A stretch of 64,000 nt of DNA from Thermoanaerobaculia bacterium. GTDB taxonomy: Bacteria > Acidobacteriota > Thermoanaerobaculia > Multivoradales > Multivoraceae. The position numbers and the translations under genes were made by a program. The stretch covers positions 69,378 through 133,377 of the forward strand of contig JAJDUI010000012.1 of assembly GCA_022826745.1 (NCBI GenBank). Direction: 5' to 3'. Positions 42,813 to 52,219 of this stretch are shown here, in pieces. The notes beneath the pieces were generated by a model that was not told the DNA's origin, did not search any database, and saw nothing but the letters and a program-made list of their open reading frames with translations. The stretch's first letter is position 1. Every line of letters starts with the position of its first letter.

Positions 42813-42981
42813 AGGCTCGGCCCGTTCGAGACAGATCCTTCCCCGGTGCGGCCGTGTCGGCGCGGTCGCACCGGCGCTCCTCGTCGCCGCGGCGACACTG
42901 CTCGCCGCCGCGGCACCGACCGAAGCCCAGGGCAGCCGCCGGCCGCAGGCGCGCCTGACGGACTTCTACGAGCAGTGGCTC

Positions 42982-45375
42982 GTGGAGGCGGAGCCGCTAC
43001 TTGGCGAGAAAGAGCGCCGGGCCTTCGAGCGGCTGGAAGGCCCGGGCGCGCGCGAACGCTTTCTCCGCGCCTTCTGGGCGGCGCGGCCCGAGCGCCTGCT
43101 CGAGCGCTGGCAGGAGAACCGCGAGGCCCGCGATCAGCTCCGGGAACGCTCACGCGCGATGGAGCGCGCGGTCCTCCTGGCCGGAAAGCCCGCGTTCCGG
43201 CAGCCGATTGAACCCTGCGAGTCGGAACTCCGGCGGATCGAGACCTGGACCTTCGACCGCTGGCGGCTCGAACATCAGCTCGGTCGCACGCCGCCGCCGG
43301 GCGAGGACGAGATCGTCCTGGCGTTCGTCCAGCAGGTGAACTTCGACCCGCGGTCGATGCGGCTGTGGTCGCCGGACTCGGGCGTCGACCTGACCTTCGA
43401 ACCGGAACAGCCGGCAGGCGCGGACGACGACTCCAAGACACAGCCGGCCGGCGCTCTCCGGGTGCTGGACCAGGCGGAACGGCGCCGCTGCCTGACCCCG
43501 ACCGAGCGCCGCCGCCTGGAGCGGCGGCTCGGCCGCGCCGTCAGTTGGAAGGAGTTCATCGAGCGGCTGGGCTGGACCGACGAGGCGTCCGCCGCCGGCT
43601 GGGTGGACCGCTTCCTGCGCGTTGAAGCAGTGCTCGACGTGGACGCGATGGCCCTGCCGGGCGTCGCGCTCGACCTCGAACCCCTCGGCAGCGAGAACCG
43701 GCGCACGGCGATTCGCGGCCGGCTGCGGCTGCCACCCGACCACCTCGCCGCGATCGGCGCCGGCCAGATCCTCGATCGCGTGACGATCACCGGCGATGTC
43801 TTCCTGCGCGACCGCCTGGCCGACGCCTTCGTCGTCACCCATCACGTGAGCGGCGGAAGCGCGGAAATCGCCCTTGACTTCTACCGCCGGCTTCCGGCCG
43901 GCAACTACCGGCTCGAGCTCCGCGCAGAGGATCGCCTGGGCCGCGGCTTGCTCCGGATGAGCCGCACGCTCGAGGTGCCCGGGCTCGAGGTGCCGCCCGG
44001 CGTCCCGGGCCTCGGCCTCCTGAGCCGCCGCGAGACGATCGTGCTCAACCAGATGCCGAGCGTCGAGTTGCTGGCGCCCGAAGGCCGCGTCCTCGGTTCG
44101 ACCTTCACCGCCCGTGTCGTCGCCAGCCCGGCGGTCGCCCAGGTCGTCTTCCTGCGCGACGGCGAGACGGTCGCACACGCCTCTGCCCCTCCCTTCGTGC
44201 GAGACCTCGATCTGCCGAGTCGCCGCCACCGGATCGAGATCCGGGGACAGGACGCCGCGGGTGTGCTCCTGGCCCGTCACGCACTGGAGATCGAGCGGGA
44301 AGAACATCCGTTCTCCATCGCGCTCGAGCGCCCGGACCCGGCCTTCGTCGAGGAGGCGCTCGACCTGTCCGTGCGCGTCGACGTCCCGTCCGGCCGCGAG
44401 CTCGACCGCGTCGACTGCCATCTGGACGCCACTCTCCTCGAGAGCAAGACGGCGCCGCCCTTCCGATGCCGGGTTCCGGCCGGACTGCGCCTTCCTCTGA
44501 GCTTCGTCCGGGCCGCCGCCACGCTCCCCACGGGCGAGACGGTCGAGGACCTCGTCTTCCTCGGGTCGGGAGCGCCGGAAGAGATCGAGGTGCGCCTCGT
44601 CGACCTGCTGGTCTCGGTCGGAGGCCGGCAGGCCGGGCCGGCAACGGGACTGGACGCGGCCGACTTCCGTGTGCTGCACCGGGGCGTCGAGGCACGGATC
44701 CGCGACTTCCGGAACCTCGCCGACCGGCCGCTCACCGTGGCCCTGCTGATGGACGTCTCGAGTTCCATGGGCCGTGGCGTACGCGTCGCCGCGACCAGTG
44801 CCCAGCGTTTCTTCGAGGGCATCCTCACCGATCGAGACGCCGCCAGCCTCATCGTCTTCAATCACGACCTGGACCGTCTGGCGCCCTTCTCAGACGACAC
44901 GCGCCTGCTCCGCTACGCCGCCGAGGGCCTGCGGGCATGGGGTTCCACCCGGCTCTACGACGGGATCTCCTATGCCGTTTCGTCGTTCGCGGGCCGTCCG
45001 GACCGGCGCGCCCTGGTCGTGCTCAGCGACGGCGCCGACACGGACAGCAATCTCGACTTCGAGCGCGTGCTGGCGCAGGTCGAGCTGGCCGGCGTCGTCG
45101 TCTACCCGATCGCCCTGCGGATCAACGACCCGGACACCGCCGAGGCTTTGGAACGCCTCGCGGATCGCAGCGGCGGCCGCTACCACGTCGCCGCTTCAGT
45201 CGAGGACCTGGACCGCATCTACCGTGAGATCGAGCGCGATCTCCGGTCCCAATACCTGATCGCGTTCGAACCGCCGCCCGGCGTCGAGGCGCGCACCGAC
45301 GGGCTGCGGGACATCGAGGTCGAGGTGGCGCGAGCGGGGCTGACGGTGACGGGCGTGCGGAGCCGGGGGAGGTAG
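42982..45375 (+). CDS. GWxTD-like N-terminal domain plus VWFA-related (acidobacterial-type) VWA protein; start uncertain
   Basis: The N-terminus 'WLVEAEPLLGEKERRAFERLEGPGARERFLRAFWAARP' matches the GWxTD-family opening. The C-terminal VWA has the MIDAS motif 'LLMDVSSSMG' and 'VVLSDGADTDS'. The frame stays open upstream and encodes a signal-like 'RVGAVAPALLVAAATLLAAAAPTEAQG', but has no ATG/GTG/TTG (see findings). Confidence 0.7.
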   Translation: MEAEPLLGEKERRAFERLEGPGARERFLRAFWAARPERLLERWQENREARDQLRERSRAMERAVLLAGKPAFRQPIEPCESELRRIETWTFDRWRLEHQLGRTPPPGEDEIVLAFVQQVNFDPRSMRLWSPDSGVDLTFEPEQPAGADDDSKTQPAGALRVLDQAERRRCLTPTERRRLERRLGRAVSWKEFIERLGWTDEASAAGWVDRFLRVEAVLDVDAMALPGVALDLEPLGSENRRTAIRGRLRLPPDHLAAIGAGQILDRVTITGDVFLRDRLADAFVVTHHVSGGSAEIALDFYRRLPAGNYRLELRAEDRLGRGLLRMSRTLEVPGLEVPPGVPGLGLLSRRETIVLNQMPSVELLAPEGRVLGSTFTARVVASPAVAQVVFLRDGETVAHASAPPFVRDLDLPSRRHRIEIRGQDAAGVLLARHALEIEREEHPFSIALERPDPAFVEEALDLSVRVDVPSGRELDRVDCHLDATLLESKTAPPFRCRVPAGLRLPLSFVRAAATLPTGETVEDLVFLGSGAPEEIEVRLVDLLVSVGGRQAGPATGLDAADFRVLHRGVEARIRDFRNLADRPLTVALLMDVSSSMGRGVRVAATSAQRFFEGILTDRDAASLIVFNHDLDRLAPFSDDTRLLRYAAEGLRAWGSTRLYDGISYAVSSFAGRPDRRALVVLSDGADTDSNLDFERVLAQVELAGVVVYPIALRINDPDTAEALERLADRSGGRYHVAASVEDLDRIYREIERDLRSQYLIAFEPPPGVEARTDGLRDIEVEVARAGLTVTGVRSRGR

Positions 45376-45411
45376 GGCTCCGCGGATTGACGGATTCCGC
45401 CTGCGGCGGAT

Positions 45412-45435
45412 GCCGGCCAGAAGGCCGGCGCACCG
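45412..45435. repeat. 24-nt palindrome-containing element, copy 2
   Basis: GCCGGCCAGAAGGCCGGCGCACCG is identical to 39824-39847. It lies 37 nt after the stop at 45375 and 20 nt before the ATG at 45455. Confidence 0.7.
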
Positions 45436-45454
45436 ACGGGCGTAGACTGCCGGC

Positions 45455-46741
45455 ATGGGCGGGGCGCGGGCGGCGAAGGCGGCGATCGAGCGCGCCCTGA
45501 TCCGGCCGTGCCGCGAGGCGAAGGGCGGCGCGGGCTTCTGGCTCTTCGTAAGCCATCTCGTCGCCACGTTCGGCATCGCGCTGTCGAACTTCCTCCTCTT
45601 CTTCACCCTGATCTGGGCCGCCGTCCGGCGGAAGCGGCTCCACTTCGCCAGCGGCGACGGGGACCGGCGACGGCGACGACGGCTCCTGCTGCCCCTCGCC
45701 GCCTACTCCGGCTGCTTCGTGCTCTCGGCCGTCTTCTCCTACGGACCGGCGACCAGCCTGGGCGAACTGTCGACGCTCTTCTCCGTCCTGACCCTGCCGC
45801 TGGCTCTGCTGCTCGTGCGCGGCGAACGGCAGGTGCGGGTCGTCATCGCGTCCGTGGTCGGGATCTCGGCCGTGCTCGCAGTCTACGGCCTGGCCCAGTT
45901 CGCCTTCACCGACTACGGCCCTCTCCACCAGCGGATCCCCGGGCCGTTCTCGCACTACATGACCTTCTCCGGCGTCCTCCTGCTCGGCCTCGCCCTGATC
46001 GCCGGCCGCCTCAGCAGCGCGGGCGGATGGCGTTCACGCGTCAACTGGGTCGGTCTGGCGCTCGTCGGCGGCGCGCTCGTCCTGACCCTGACGCGCAGCG
46101 CCTGGCTCGGCGCTTTCGCTCTCGCGGTCGCGGCGATGGCTCTTCAGCGCCGGCGCGTCTTCCTGGGTTTCGCCGCCGCGCTGGTGCTGGCCGTCGCCTC
46201 GCTGGCCGCCGTGGCGCCGACCCTGTGGCCGACCTACTGGCAGCGGGCGACCTCGATGGCGGAGGTCCGCTATCCCTCGAACTACGACCGATTGTGCATG
46301 CTCTGGGCGGGCGGCCAGATGATCGCCGACCGGCCCCTTACCGGCATCGGCCCGGCCATGGTCCGCGAGTGGTATCCGGTCTACCGCCATCCGACCTCGG
46401 TACGGCCGCGCGTGAAGCACCTGCACAACACGTTCGTCCACATGGCGGCCAGCCGCGGCATTCCGTCCCTGCTCGCCTACCTGTGGCTGATGGCCGCGGC
46501 GGCGGCGATGGCGTTCGAGGGCTATCGCCGCGAAGGCGGGCGGGCCGGGCCGCGGGCCGACCTCTACCTGGGCGTCCTGTTCGCCCTGCTGGCCCTGAAC
46601 GTGGCCGGCCTGTTCGAAGCGAACTGGCGCGACACGGAGATTCAGCGCTGGACGCTGTTCCTGCTGGCACTGCCGGTTATCCTCCGCGCTCCAGACGACC
46701 AGCCCGGAGACTCGGCATGCACTTCGACCGCCTCAGCCTGA
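45455..46741 (+). CDS. O-antigen ligase / Wzy_C-family membrane protein
   Basis: 428-aa polytopic ORF with 'LTLTRSAWLGAFALAV' and 'HLHNTFVHMAASRGIPSLLAYLWL', as in O-antigen ligase-like proteins. Confidence 0.7.
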   Translation: MGGARAAKAAIERALIRPCREAKGGAGFWLFVSHLVATFGIALSNFLLFFTLIWAAVRRKRLHFASGDGDRRRRRRLLLPLAAYSGCFVLSAVFSYGPATSLGELSTLFSVLTLPLALLLVRGERQVRVVIASVVGISAVLAVYGLAQFAFTDYGPLHQRIPGPFSHYMTFSGVLLLGLALIAGRLSSAGGWRSRVNWVGLALVGGALVLTLTRSAWLGAFALAVAAMALQRRRVFLGFAAALVLAVASLAAVAPTLWPTYWQRATSMAEVRYPSNYDRLCMLWAGGQMIADRPLTGIGPAMVREWYPVYRHPTSVRPRVKHLHNTFVHMAASRGIPSLLAYLWLMAAAAAMAFEGYRREGGRAGPRADLYLGVLFALLALNVAGLFEANWRDTEIQRWTLFLLALPVILRAPDDQPGDSACTSTASA

Positions 46742-48135
46742 TCCAGCTCCTCGACCTTCTGTCGGCGCGGGAGATCTCCTGCGCCGAGTTGATGAACGCC
46801 ACGCTGGATCGCATCGAGGCCACGCACCCGAAGCTCAACGCCGTCGTCAGCCAGCGTCCGCGCGAAGAGTTGCTGGCGGACGCCGAAGCGGCCGACGCGC
46901 GACACTCCGCCGGGGACGCCCGGCCCCTCGAGGGCATGCCCCTCGGCGTCAAGGACCTCGAGGACGTGGCCGGCATGGTGACGTCGATGGGCTCGCGGGT
47001 GTTCCGCGATCAGGTGGCCGAAGCCGACTCGACCCAGGTGGCGCGGCTGCGAGCGGCCGGTGCGATCGTGGTCGGCAAGACGAACACCCCCGAGTTCGGG
47101 TTCACCGCGATCACGAAGAACCCCCTGTTCGGCGTCACGCGGTCGCCCTGGAACGCGGAGCGGACGCCCGGCGGCTCGAGCGGCGGTTCTTCCGCCGTGC
47201 TGGCGGGCGGCGTGCTGCCTCTCGTCACCTCCTCGGACGGCGGCGGCTCGATCCGCATTCCCGCCAGCTTCACCGGCGCGTTCGGCCTGAAGCCCAGCCA
47301 GGGCCGGATTCCGCGGGGGCCGATGAAGGCCTGGGACTACGGTAGCACCGCTGTCTACGGACCCCTGACCCGCACGGTAGAGGATGGCGCCCTGTTCCTT
47401 GACCTGGTCGCCGGCCCGTCGCCCTGCGATCCCGGTTCGCTGCCCCATCCCGGGCTGAGTTATCGCGAAGAGCTCGAGTCGGGGCTACCGTCCTCCATCC
47501 GCATCGCCTGGTCGCGGGACCTCGGCTATGCAAGGGTCCAGGCGGACGTGGCCCGGGTGGCCGCGGACGCGGCGTCCGTGTTCGATCAGGCCGGTTTCTC
47601 CGTCGAACCGCTCGAGGAGCACGTGCCTGGCGGTCCGCCGATGCTCACCGCCGCCTGGGGTGCGCTGGGCAACTTCCTGATCGCCGGCCAGATCCACGAA
47701 GCGCTTCGGAACCAGCGCCAGGACATGACCCACTCGTTCGCCGAGGCGCTGGAACGCTCCTGGGAGATGACGCCCGAGACGTTCGGCGCCGCGGCCCGCG
47801 AGCGCGGCCGGCTGAACCTCTGGTGCGGCGAGGTCTTCGACCGCTTCGATCTGCTGCTGACGCCGACCGTTCCCTACGATCCGCCGCCCGCCCGCGGTCC
47901 CTTCCCCACCCACACGGAGGGCCGGGAGCAGGTGCCGGCGGGGGTCGCGGCGTTCACGATTCCGTTCAACATGTCCGGCCACCCGGCGGCGACGGTGCGC
48001 GCCGGCCTCTCCGACGCCGGCCTGCCGGTCGGCCTGCAGATCGTGGGACCACGCCACCGGGACGATCTGGTGATGCGGGCCGCGCGGCTGTTCGAGCAGG
48101 CACGCCCCTGGCATCCGGACTGGCCGGAGGTCTGA
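46717..48135 (+). CDS. amidase (amidase-signature family)
   Basis: Real start is ATG at 46717 ('MHFDRLSLIQLLDLL'), inside track ORF 45508..48135. It has 'PLGVKDLEDV' and 'GGSSGGSSAVLAGGVLPLVTSSDGGGSIRIPASFTG'. It overlaps the upstream gene by 25 nt. Confidence 0.85.
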   Translation: MHFDRLSLIQLLDLLSAREISCAELMNATLDRIEATHPKLNAVVSQRPREELLADAEAADARHSAGDARPLEGMPLGVKDLEDVAGMVTSMGSRVFRDQVAEADSTQVARLRAAGAIVVGKTNTPEFGFTAITKNPLFGVTRSPWNAERTPGGSSGGSSAVLAGGVLPLVTSSDGGGSIRIPASFTGAFGLKPSQGRIPRGPMKAWDYGSTAVYGPLTRTVEDGALFLDLVAGPSPCDPGSLPHPGLSYREELESGLPSSIRIAWSRDLGYARVQADVARVAADAASVFDQAGFSVEPLEEHVPGGPPMLTAAWGALGNFLIAGQIHEALRNQRQDMTHSFAEALERSWEMTPETFGAAARERGRLNLWCGEVFDRFDLLLTPTVPYDPPPARGPFPTHTEGREQVPAGVAAFTIPFNMSGHPAATVRAGLSDAGLPVGLQIVGPRHRDDLVMRAARLFEQARPWHPDWPEV

Positions 48136-48154
48136 TCCCGGCGGGCGCTCGGCC

Positions 48155-49177
48155 TCAGGGAATGACCGCCACCTTGACGGCGCCGCTCTGCTTGTCTCCC
48201 GCGATCTCGAAGGCTCGCTCGAACTCGTCCAGCGCCACTTCGTGGGTGACCAGGCCCGAGAGGCCCTCGCCATCCGCCGCGAGGATACGCACCGCCTCGG
48301 CGAAGTCGGCCGCTCCAGGGCGGCGGGCGTAGCAGTTGGACCACTGCAGGCGGCCCTCCTTGCCGAGCAACATGAGCGGATCGAGGGTCAACGGACCCAT
48401 GAAGACGCCCAGGACGCAGACCGTGCCGCCGGGAGCGAGCGCGATGGCGGCGGCCGTCATCGTGTCGGCCAGACCGCCTACCGTCTCGACCACGAGCTCG
48501 GCGTCGTGGCCGGTCAGGTCTTCCGCAGGGCCTTCGTCGATCACCCGGTGGGCGCCGAGCCGTCTCGCCAGTCCGGCCTGGTGCGGATAGCGGGCCGTGA
48601 TGGCCACGGCTCCGAACCCCCAGGCACGGGCAACCGCGACGACCGCGAGGCCGATCGAGCCCGCGCCCAGGATCAGCAGACGGTTGGGCGGCCTGGCCTG
48701 GTCCGCGCCGCACAGCCGGAGCCCGTGAACCGCGACGGCGAGAGGCTCAGCGAGCGCGGCGACCGGCAGCGGAAGCCCATCCGGAACCCGGTACAGGCGG
48801 TGCGCCGGGACGACCACGGCGTCGGCGAAGCCGCCGGGCCGCCGCAGGCCGTAGAGCTGGAGGTCCCGGCAGATCGAGTCCCGGCCTTCGCGGCACGGTT
48901 CGCAGTCGCCGCACGAGGCCAGGGGCTCGACCACTACCGCCTCGCCGGCGGCGAAGCCGGCAACTTCCGGGCCAAGCTCGTCGACTGTGCCGGCCATCTC
49001 GTGGCCCATGATCGAGCCCGGATCGATGATGGGTTTCGGGCTGTGAACCAGGTGCAGATCCGTGCCGCACAAGCCGCAGGCGGAGATCCGGAGACGGACC
49101 TCGCCGGGGCCGGGCTCCGGCAGCGGACGCTCGGCCAGCGCCACTTCTCCCGGACCCCGATAGATGCCCGCGCGCAT
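48155..49177 (-). CDS. zinc-dependent alcohol dehydrogenase family (MDR) oxidoreductase
   Basis: 340-aa ORF with 'CGLCGTDLH', 'GHEMAGTV', the structural-Zn motif 'CGDCEPCREG' and the Rossmann motif 'LILGAGSIGL'. Confidence 0.85.
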   Translation of the reverse strand: MRAGIYRGPGEVALAERPLPEPGPGEVRLRISACGLCGTDLHLVHSPKPIIDPGSIMGHEMAGTVDELGPEVAGFAAGEAVVVEPLASCGDCEPCREGRDSICRDLQLYGLRRPGGFADAVVVPAHRLYRVPDGLPLPVAALAEPLAVAVHGLRLCGADQARPPNRLLILGAGSIGLAVVAVARAWGFGAVAITARYPHQAGLARRLGAHRVIDEGPAEDLTGHDAELVVETVGGLADTMTAAAIALAPGGTVCVLGVFMGPLTLDPLMLLGKEGRLQWSNCYARRPGAADFAEAVRILAADGEGLSGLVTHEVALDEFERAFEIAGDKQSGAVKVAVIP

Positions 49178-49188
49178 CGCGCGGACCT

Positions 49189-49225
49189 TAGCTCAGAGGC
49201 CGCCCAGCTAACTCAGAGGCCCAGC
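49189..49225. repeat. imperfect 17-20-nt tandem duplication spanning a stop codon
   Basis: TAGCTCAGAGGCCGCCCAGC (49189-49208) is followed by TAACTCAGAGGCCCAGC (49209-49225). The second unit contains the stop at 49213-49215 and the last codons of the PDZ gene. Confidence 0.6.
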
Positions 49226-50160
49226 TCCGAGCAGTCGGCTACCTCGCCGTTCACCGTACAGGCGCAGTCGCCGTCCGTGCAGTCGACGTTCACTTCGCAC
49301 TCGCCGGAGTCGCCGCAGGCCGAGGCAGCGAACTCGAAGGAGTTCGCGTTGGCCACGTCCACCGTGCAGTCCTCGCCGTCGTCGCAGTCGACCTTGACCT
49401 CGATCACCCGGGCCTCTCCATCGGCCGCGGACGCAACCGCGTGGACCGACGGCGCGATGGCCATGGCGACTTCGCGCTCGCGTTCCTCGAGCGTGGCGTC
49501 GATCTTCTTCACCTGGCCGTCGCGCCAGACTTCGAGCACGACCGTGTCGCCGTCCTCGTTGCCACGGATGGCCCGCGCCAGGGCGGACGCGGAAGCCACC
49601 GGCTTGTCGCCTACGGCGGTCACGATATCGCCGACCTCGAGGCCGGCGCGCAACGCCGGGCTGCCGTCGACGACTTTGCCGACCATGACGCCTGCATCGT
49701 CGGGCACGCCGAAGTGGGTCCGCAGTTCCGGCGTCAACTCGGAGAGCTGCACGCCCAGGAAGGCGCCGCCGCCGTGCCGCCCGTGAAGACGCGCGCCGGC
49801 ATCGCCGAGCCGCTTCATCACCTGGTGCACGCGTCGCCGCACCCTCTCGCCGACCTCTCCGTCACCCTCGTGAGCCTCGATCAGGACGACGTCGTGGCCG
49901 TCGGCCTCGAGGATCCGGACGTTCTCCTCGGAGACCCACTCGTGGTCACCGTCGTGGAGAACCCGGACGTCGCCGTCGTCCCCGACAAACACGACGCGCG
50001 ACGAAGACTCGGGACAGTCTTCGCCATCGCAGTCCGCCGACGCCATGATCTTCTGCACATGGATCCTGCGGACCTTCTTCTCTTCGTCGTCCTGCGCGAG
50101 AGCCGGCGTCACAACCGCCAGCGCCAGCGCCACTACCAACCAGACCTTCATTCGCGACAT
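49213..50160 (-). CDS. secreted PDZ-domain protein with Asp/Cys-rich flanks
   Basis: Likely ATG at 50160 ('MSRMKVWLVVALALAVVTPALAQ'), preceded by GGAAGAGGA. The PDZ core is 'GVMVGKVVDGSPALRAGLEVGDIVTAVGDKPV'. It has 'DCDGEDC' near the N-terminus and 'DCDDGEDC...CGDSGECEVNVDCTDGDCAC' at the C-terminus. Confidence 0.7.
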   Translation of the reverse strand: MSRMKVWLVVALALAVVTPALAQDDEEKKVRRIHVQKIMASADCDGEDCPESSSRVVFVGDDGDVRVLHDGDHEWVSEENVRILEADGHDVVLIEAHEGDGEVGERVRRRVHQVMKRLGDAGARLHGRHGGGAFLGVQLSELTPELRTHFGVPDDAGVMVGKVVDGSPALRAGLEVGDIVTAVGDKPVASASALARAIRGNEDGDTVVLEVWRDGQVKKIDATLEEREREVAMAIAPSVHAVASAADGEARVIEVKVDCDDGEDCTVDVANANSFEFAASACGDSGECEVNVDCTDGDCACTVNGEVADCSELGL

Positions 50161-50282
50161 GGTTCGGTCCTCTTCCTGTTCGCTTCCGTGTTCGCTCTGC
50201 ATACTAATCGGCGCGCCACCGGCCCGCCTCTGTAGTGAGAACGCTCCCTGGGCGGATTCGTTCCCGCGAAGGGAAAGCTCGC

Positions 50283-51056
50283 TCAGGAATCCTCCATCGA
50301 CGCTCGCACGGTCCGCAGATCCTGGAGCGCCGCCTTGGCCATCGAACCGCCGTCACGCGCGACTTCGACGAAACGGAATCCCTGACGGATGCGCTTGGGC
50401 GCCTCCTTGACCGTGCCGGCGACTCCGGCGAACAGACCGTGACGCCTGCAGCCATCGAGGATCCTGTCGATCGCCGCGGTGAACTTCTCGTCCTCCTGGT
50501 CGGCGGCCGGCCGGAGTCCCAGCGACACGCTGAGGTCGCTCGGGCCGACGTAGACGCCGTCGAGGCCCGGCACAGAGAGGATGTCGTCCAGGCTGTCGAG
50601 TGCCTGCTGGGTCTCGATCATCGGGATGCAGTAGATCTGCTCGTTCGCCTCCTCCAGGTAGTTCCCGCCGTAGAGCAGGCCGGCGCGGAACGGACCGAAA
50701 CTCCGTTTTCCGCGCGGGGGGTACCGGCACGCGGCGGCCGCGGCTTCCGCCTCGGCACGGCTGTTCACCATCGGGATGATGATCCCGTGGGCGCCGGCGT
50801 CGAGCATCTTGCCGATGATTCCGGGCTCGTTCCATGGCACCCGGACGATCGGCGTCGTGTCGGACGCAGTCATCGCCTGCAGCATCTCGGTAGCGCGCTG
50901 GTAGTCGACCAGGCCGTGCTGCATGTCGATCGTCGCCCAGTCGAAGCCGAGGCGGGACATGAGTTCGGCGCTGTGCGTGTCCGGGAACGCGAGCCAGGCG
51001 CCGAGCGCCGGCTCGTCGTTGTCGATCTTGTCGCGGAGACGGTTCTTCATCGGCAT
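50283..51056 (-). CDS. HpcH/HpaI-family aldolase
   Basis: 257-aa ORF with 'GAWLAFPDTHSAELMSRLGFDWATIDMQHG', 'VRVPWNEPGIIGKMLDAGAHGIIIPMVNS' and 'YPPRGKRSFGP'. Confidence 0.85.
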   Translation of the reverse strand: MPMKNRLRDKIDNDEPALGAWLAFPDTHSAELMSRLGFDWATIDMQHGLVDYQRATEMLQAMTASDTTPIVRVPWNEPGIIGKMLDAGAHGIIIPMVNSRAEAEAAAAACRYPPRGKRSFGPFRAGLLYGGNYLEEANEQIYCIPMIETQQALDSLDDILSVPGLDGVYVGPSDLSVSLGLRPAADQEDEKFTAAIDRILDGCRRHGLFAGVAGTVKEAPKRIRQGFRFVEVARDGGSMAKAALQDLRTVRASMEDS

Positions 51057-51123
51057 GGCCTGGACCCTCCTTCAAGCTCTGCGGGAAACGTGGCGGCGGA
51101 GGTTAGCAGCAGCCCCCGAACCG

Positions 51124-52197
51124 TCAGGGGATCAGCGATTCGTCGGGTTCCAGGGATGCCGCGAAACCGGCCAGCAGGTCGGCCGAGTGATCGATGTCGT
51201 CCAGCGAGATCGTCTCGACCGCGCTGTGCATGTATCGGTTCGGAACGCTGATCAGCCCCGTCGCCACGCCCGCCCGCGTGATCTGGATCGAGTTCGCGTC
51301 GTTCGGCGCCGCCCGCCCGAGAGCCGCCAACTGGAACGGGATCTTCTCTTCCTCAGCGACCGCTTCGAGCCGATCGCTGACCTTCGGGTTCATGTTCGGA
51401 CCGCGCACGATGACCGGGCCGCCTCCCAGGCTCAGGTCGCCCTCCTGGCGCTTGCTGATCGTCGGACAGTCCGTGGCGTGAGTGACGTCGACCGCGATGC
51501 CCACGTCGGGGTCGACACCGTGGGTGCTGGTGCGCGCGCCACGCAGGCCGATCTCCTCGCACACCGTCGACACCGCGTACACCGCGACCTTCGGGTTCTT
51601 CCTTGCGACGCGCCGCAAGGCCTCGATGACGACCCAGAGACCGGTCGTGTTGTCCATCTTCGGGGCGTTGGCGAGGCCGTTTCGCATCTCCCGGAAACCG
51701 AGGTCGAGGGTTACCGGATCACCGACCCGCACCACCGTCTTCGCGTCGTCTCCGTCCTTCGCGCCGATGTCGAGCCAGAGGTTCTCCATCTTGACCGCGC
51801 GCCGGCGCTCCTCGGTGTCGAGCAGGTGGATCGGCTTGCGGGCGATGACCGCCGGCACGGGACCGTCCTTCGCCCATACGGTCATCCGCTGGCCGATCAA
51901 TTGCTGCGGATCCCAGCCGCCGATCGGCTGTACCCACAGGAAGCCCTTGTCGTCGATGTAGCTGACCAGAAGGCCGATCTGGTCGCAGTGGCCCGCGAAC
52001 AGCACGCGCCGGCCATCCGGCTTCTCGCCGGCCTCGACGTTCACCGCCGCGATCACGTTGCCGTGAACGTCGGTCGACACGTCGTCGGCGAACCTGCCCG
52101 CGTAGGCGCGAACGACTTCCTGTACCGGCTCCTCGTGGCCCGAGGGGCTCGGCGCGGCCAACAGATCGATGAAGAACTTTCGTGCTGTCTTGTTCAC
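51124..52197 (-). CDS. M42-family metallopeptidase (glutamyl aminopeptidase / FrvX-like)
   Basis: 357-aa ORF with 'LLAAPSPSGHEEPVQ', 'LFAGHCDQIGL', 'STVCEEIGLRGA' and 'VDVTHATD'. Confidence 0.85.
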   Translation of the reverse strand: MNKTARKFFIDLLAAPSPSGHEEPVQEVVRAYAGRFADDVSTDVHGNVIAAVNVEAGEKPDGRRVLFAGHCDQIGLLVSYIDDKGFLWVQPIGGWDPQQLIGQRMTVWAKDGPVPAVIARKPIHLLDTEERRRAVKMENLWLDIGAKDGDDAKTVVRVGDPVTLDLGFREMRNGLANAPKMDNTTGLWVVIEALRRVARKNPKVAVYAVSTVCEEIGLRGARTSTHGVDPDVGIAVDVTHATDCPTISKRQEGDLSLGGGPVIVRGPNMNPKVSDRLEAVAEEEKIPFQLAALGRAAPNDANSIQITRAGVATGLISVPNRYMHSAVETISLDDIDHSADLLAGFAASLEPDESLIP

Positions 52198-52219
52198 TTG
52201 CTGCTCCCAGCCGCCAATA

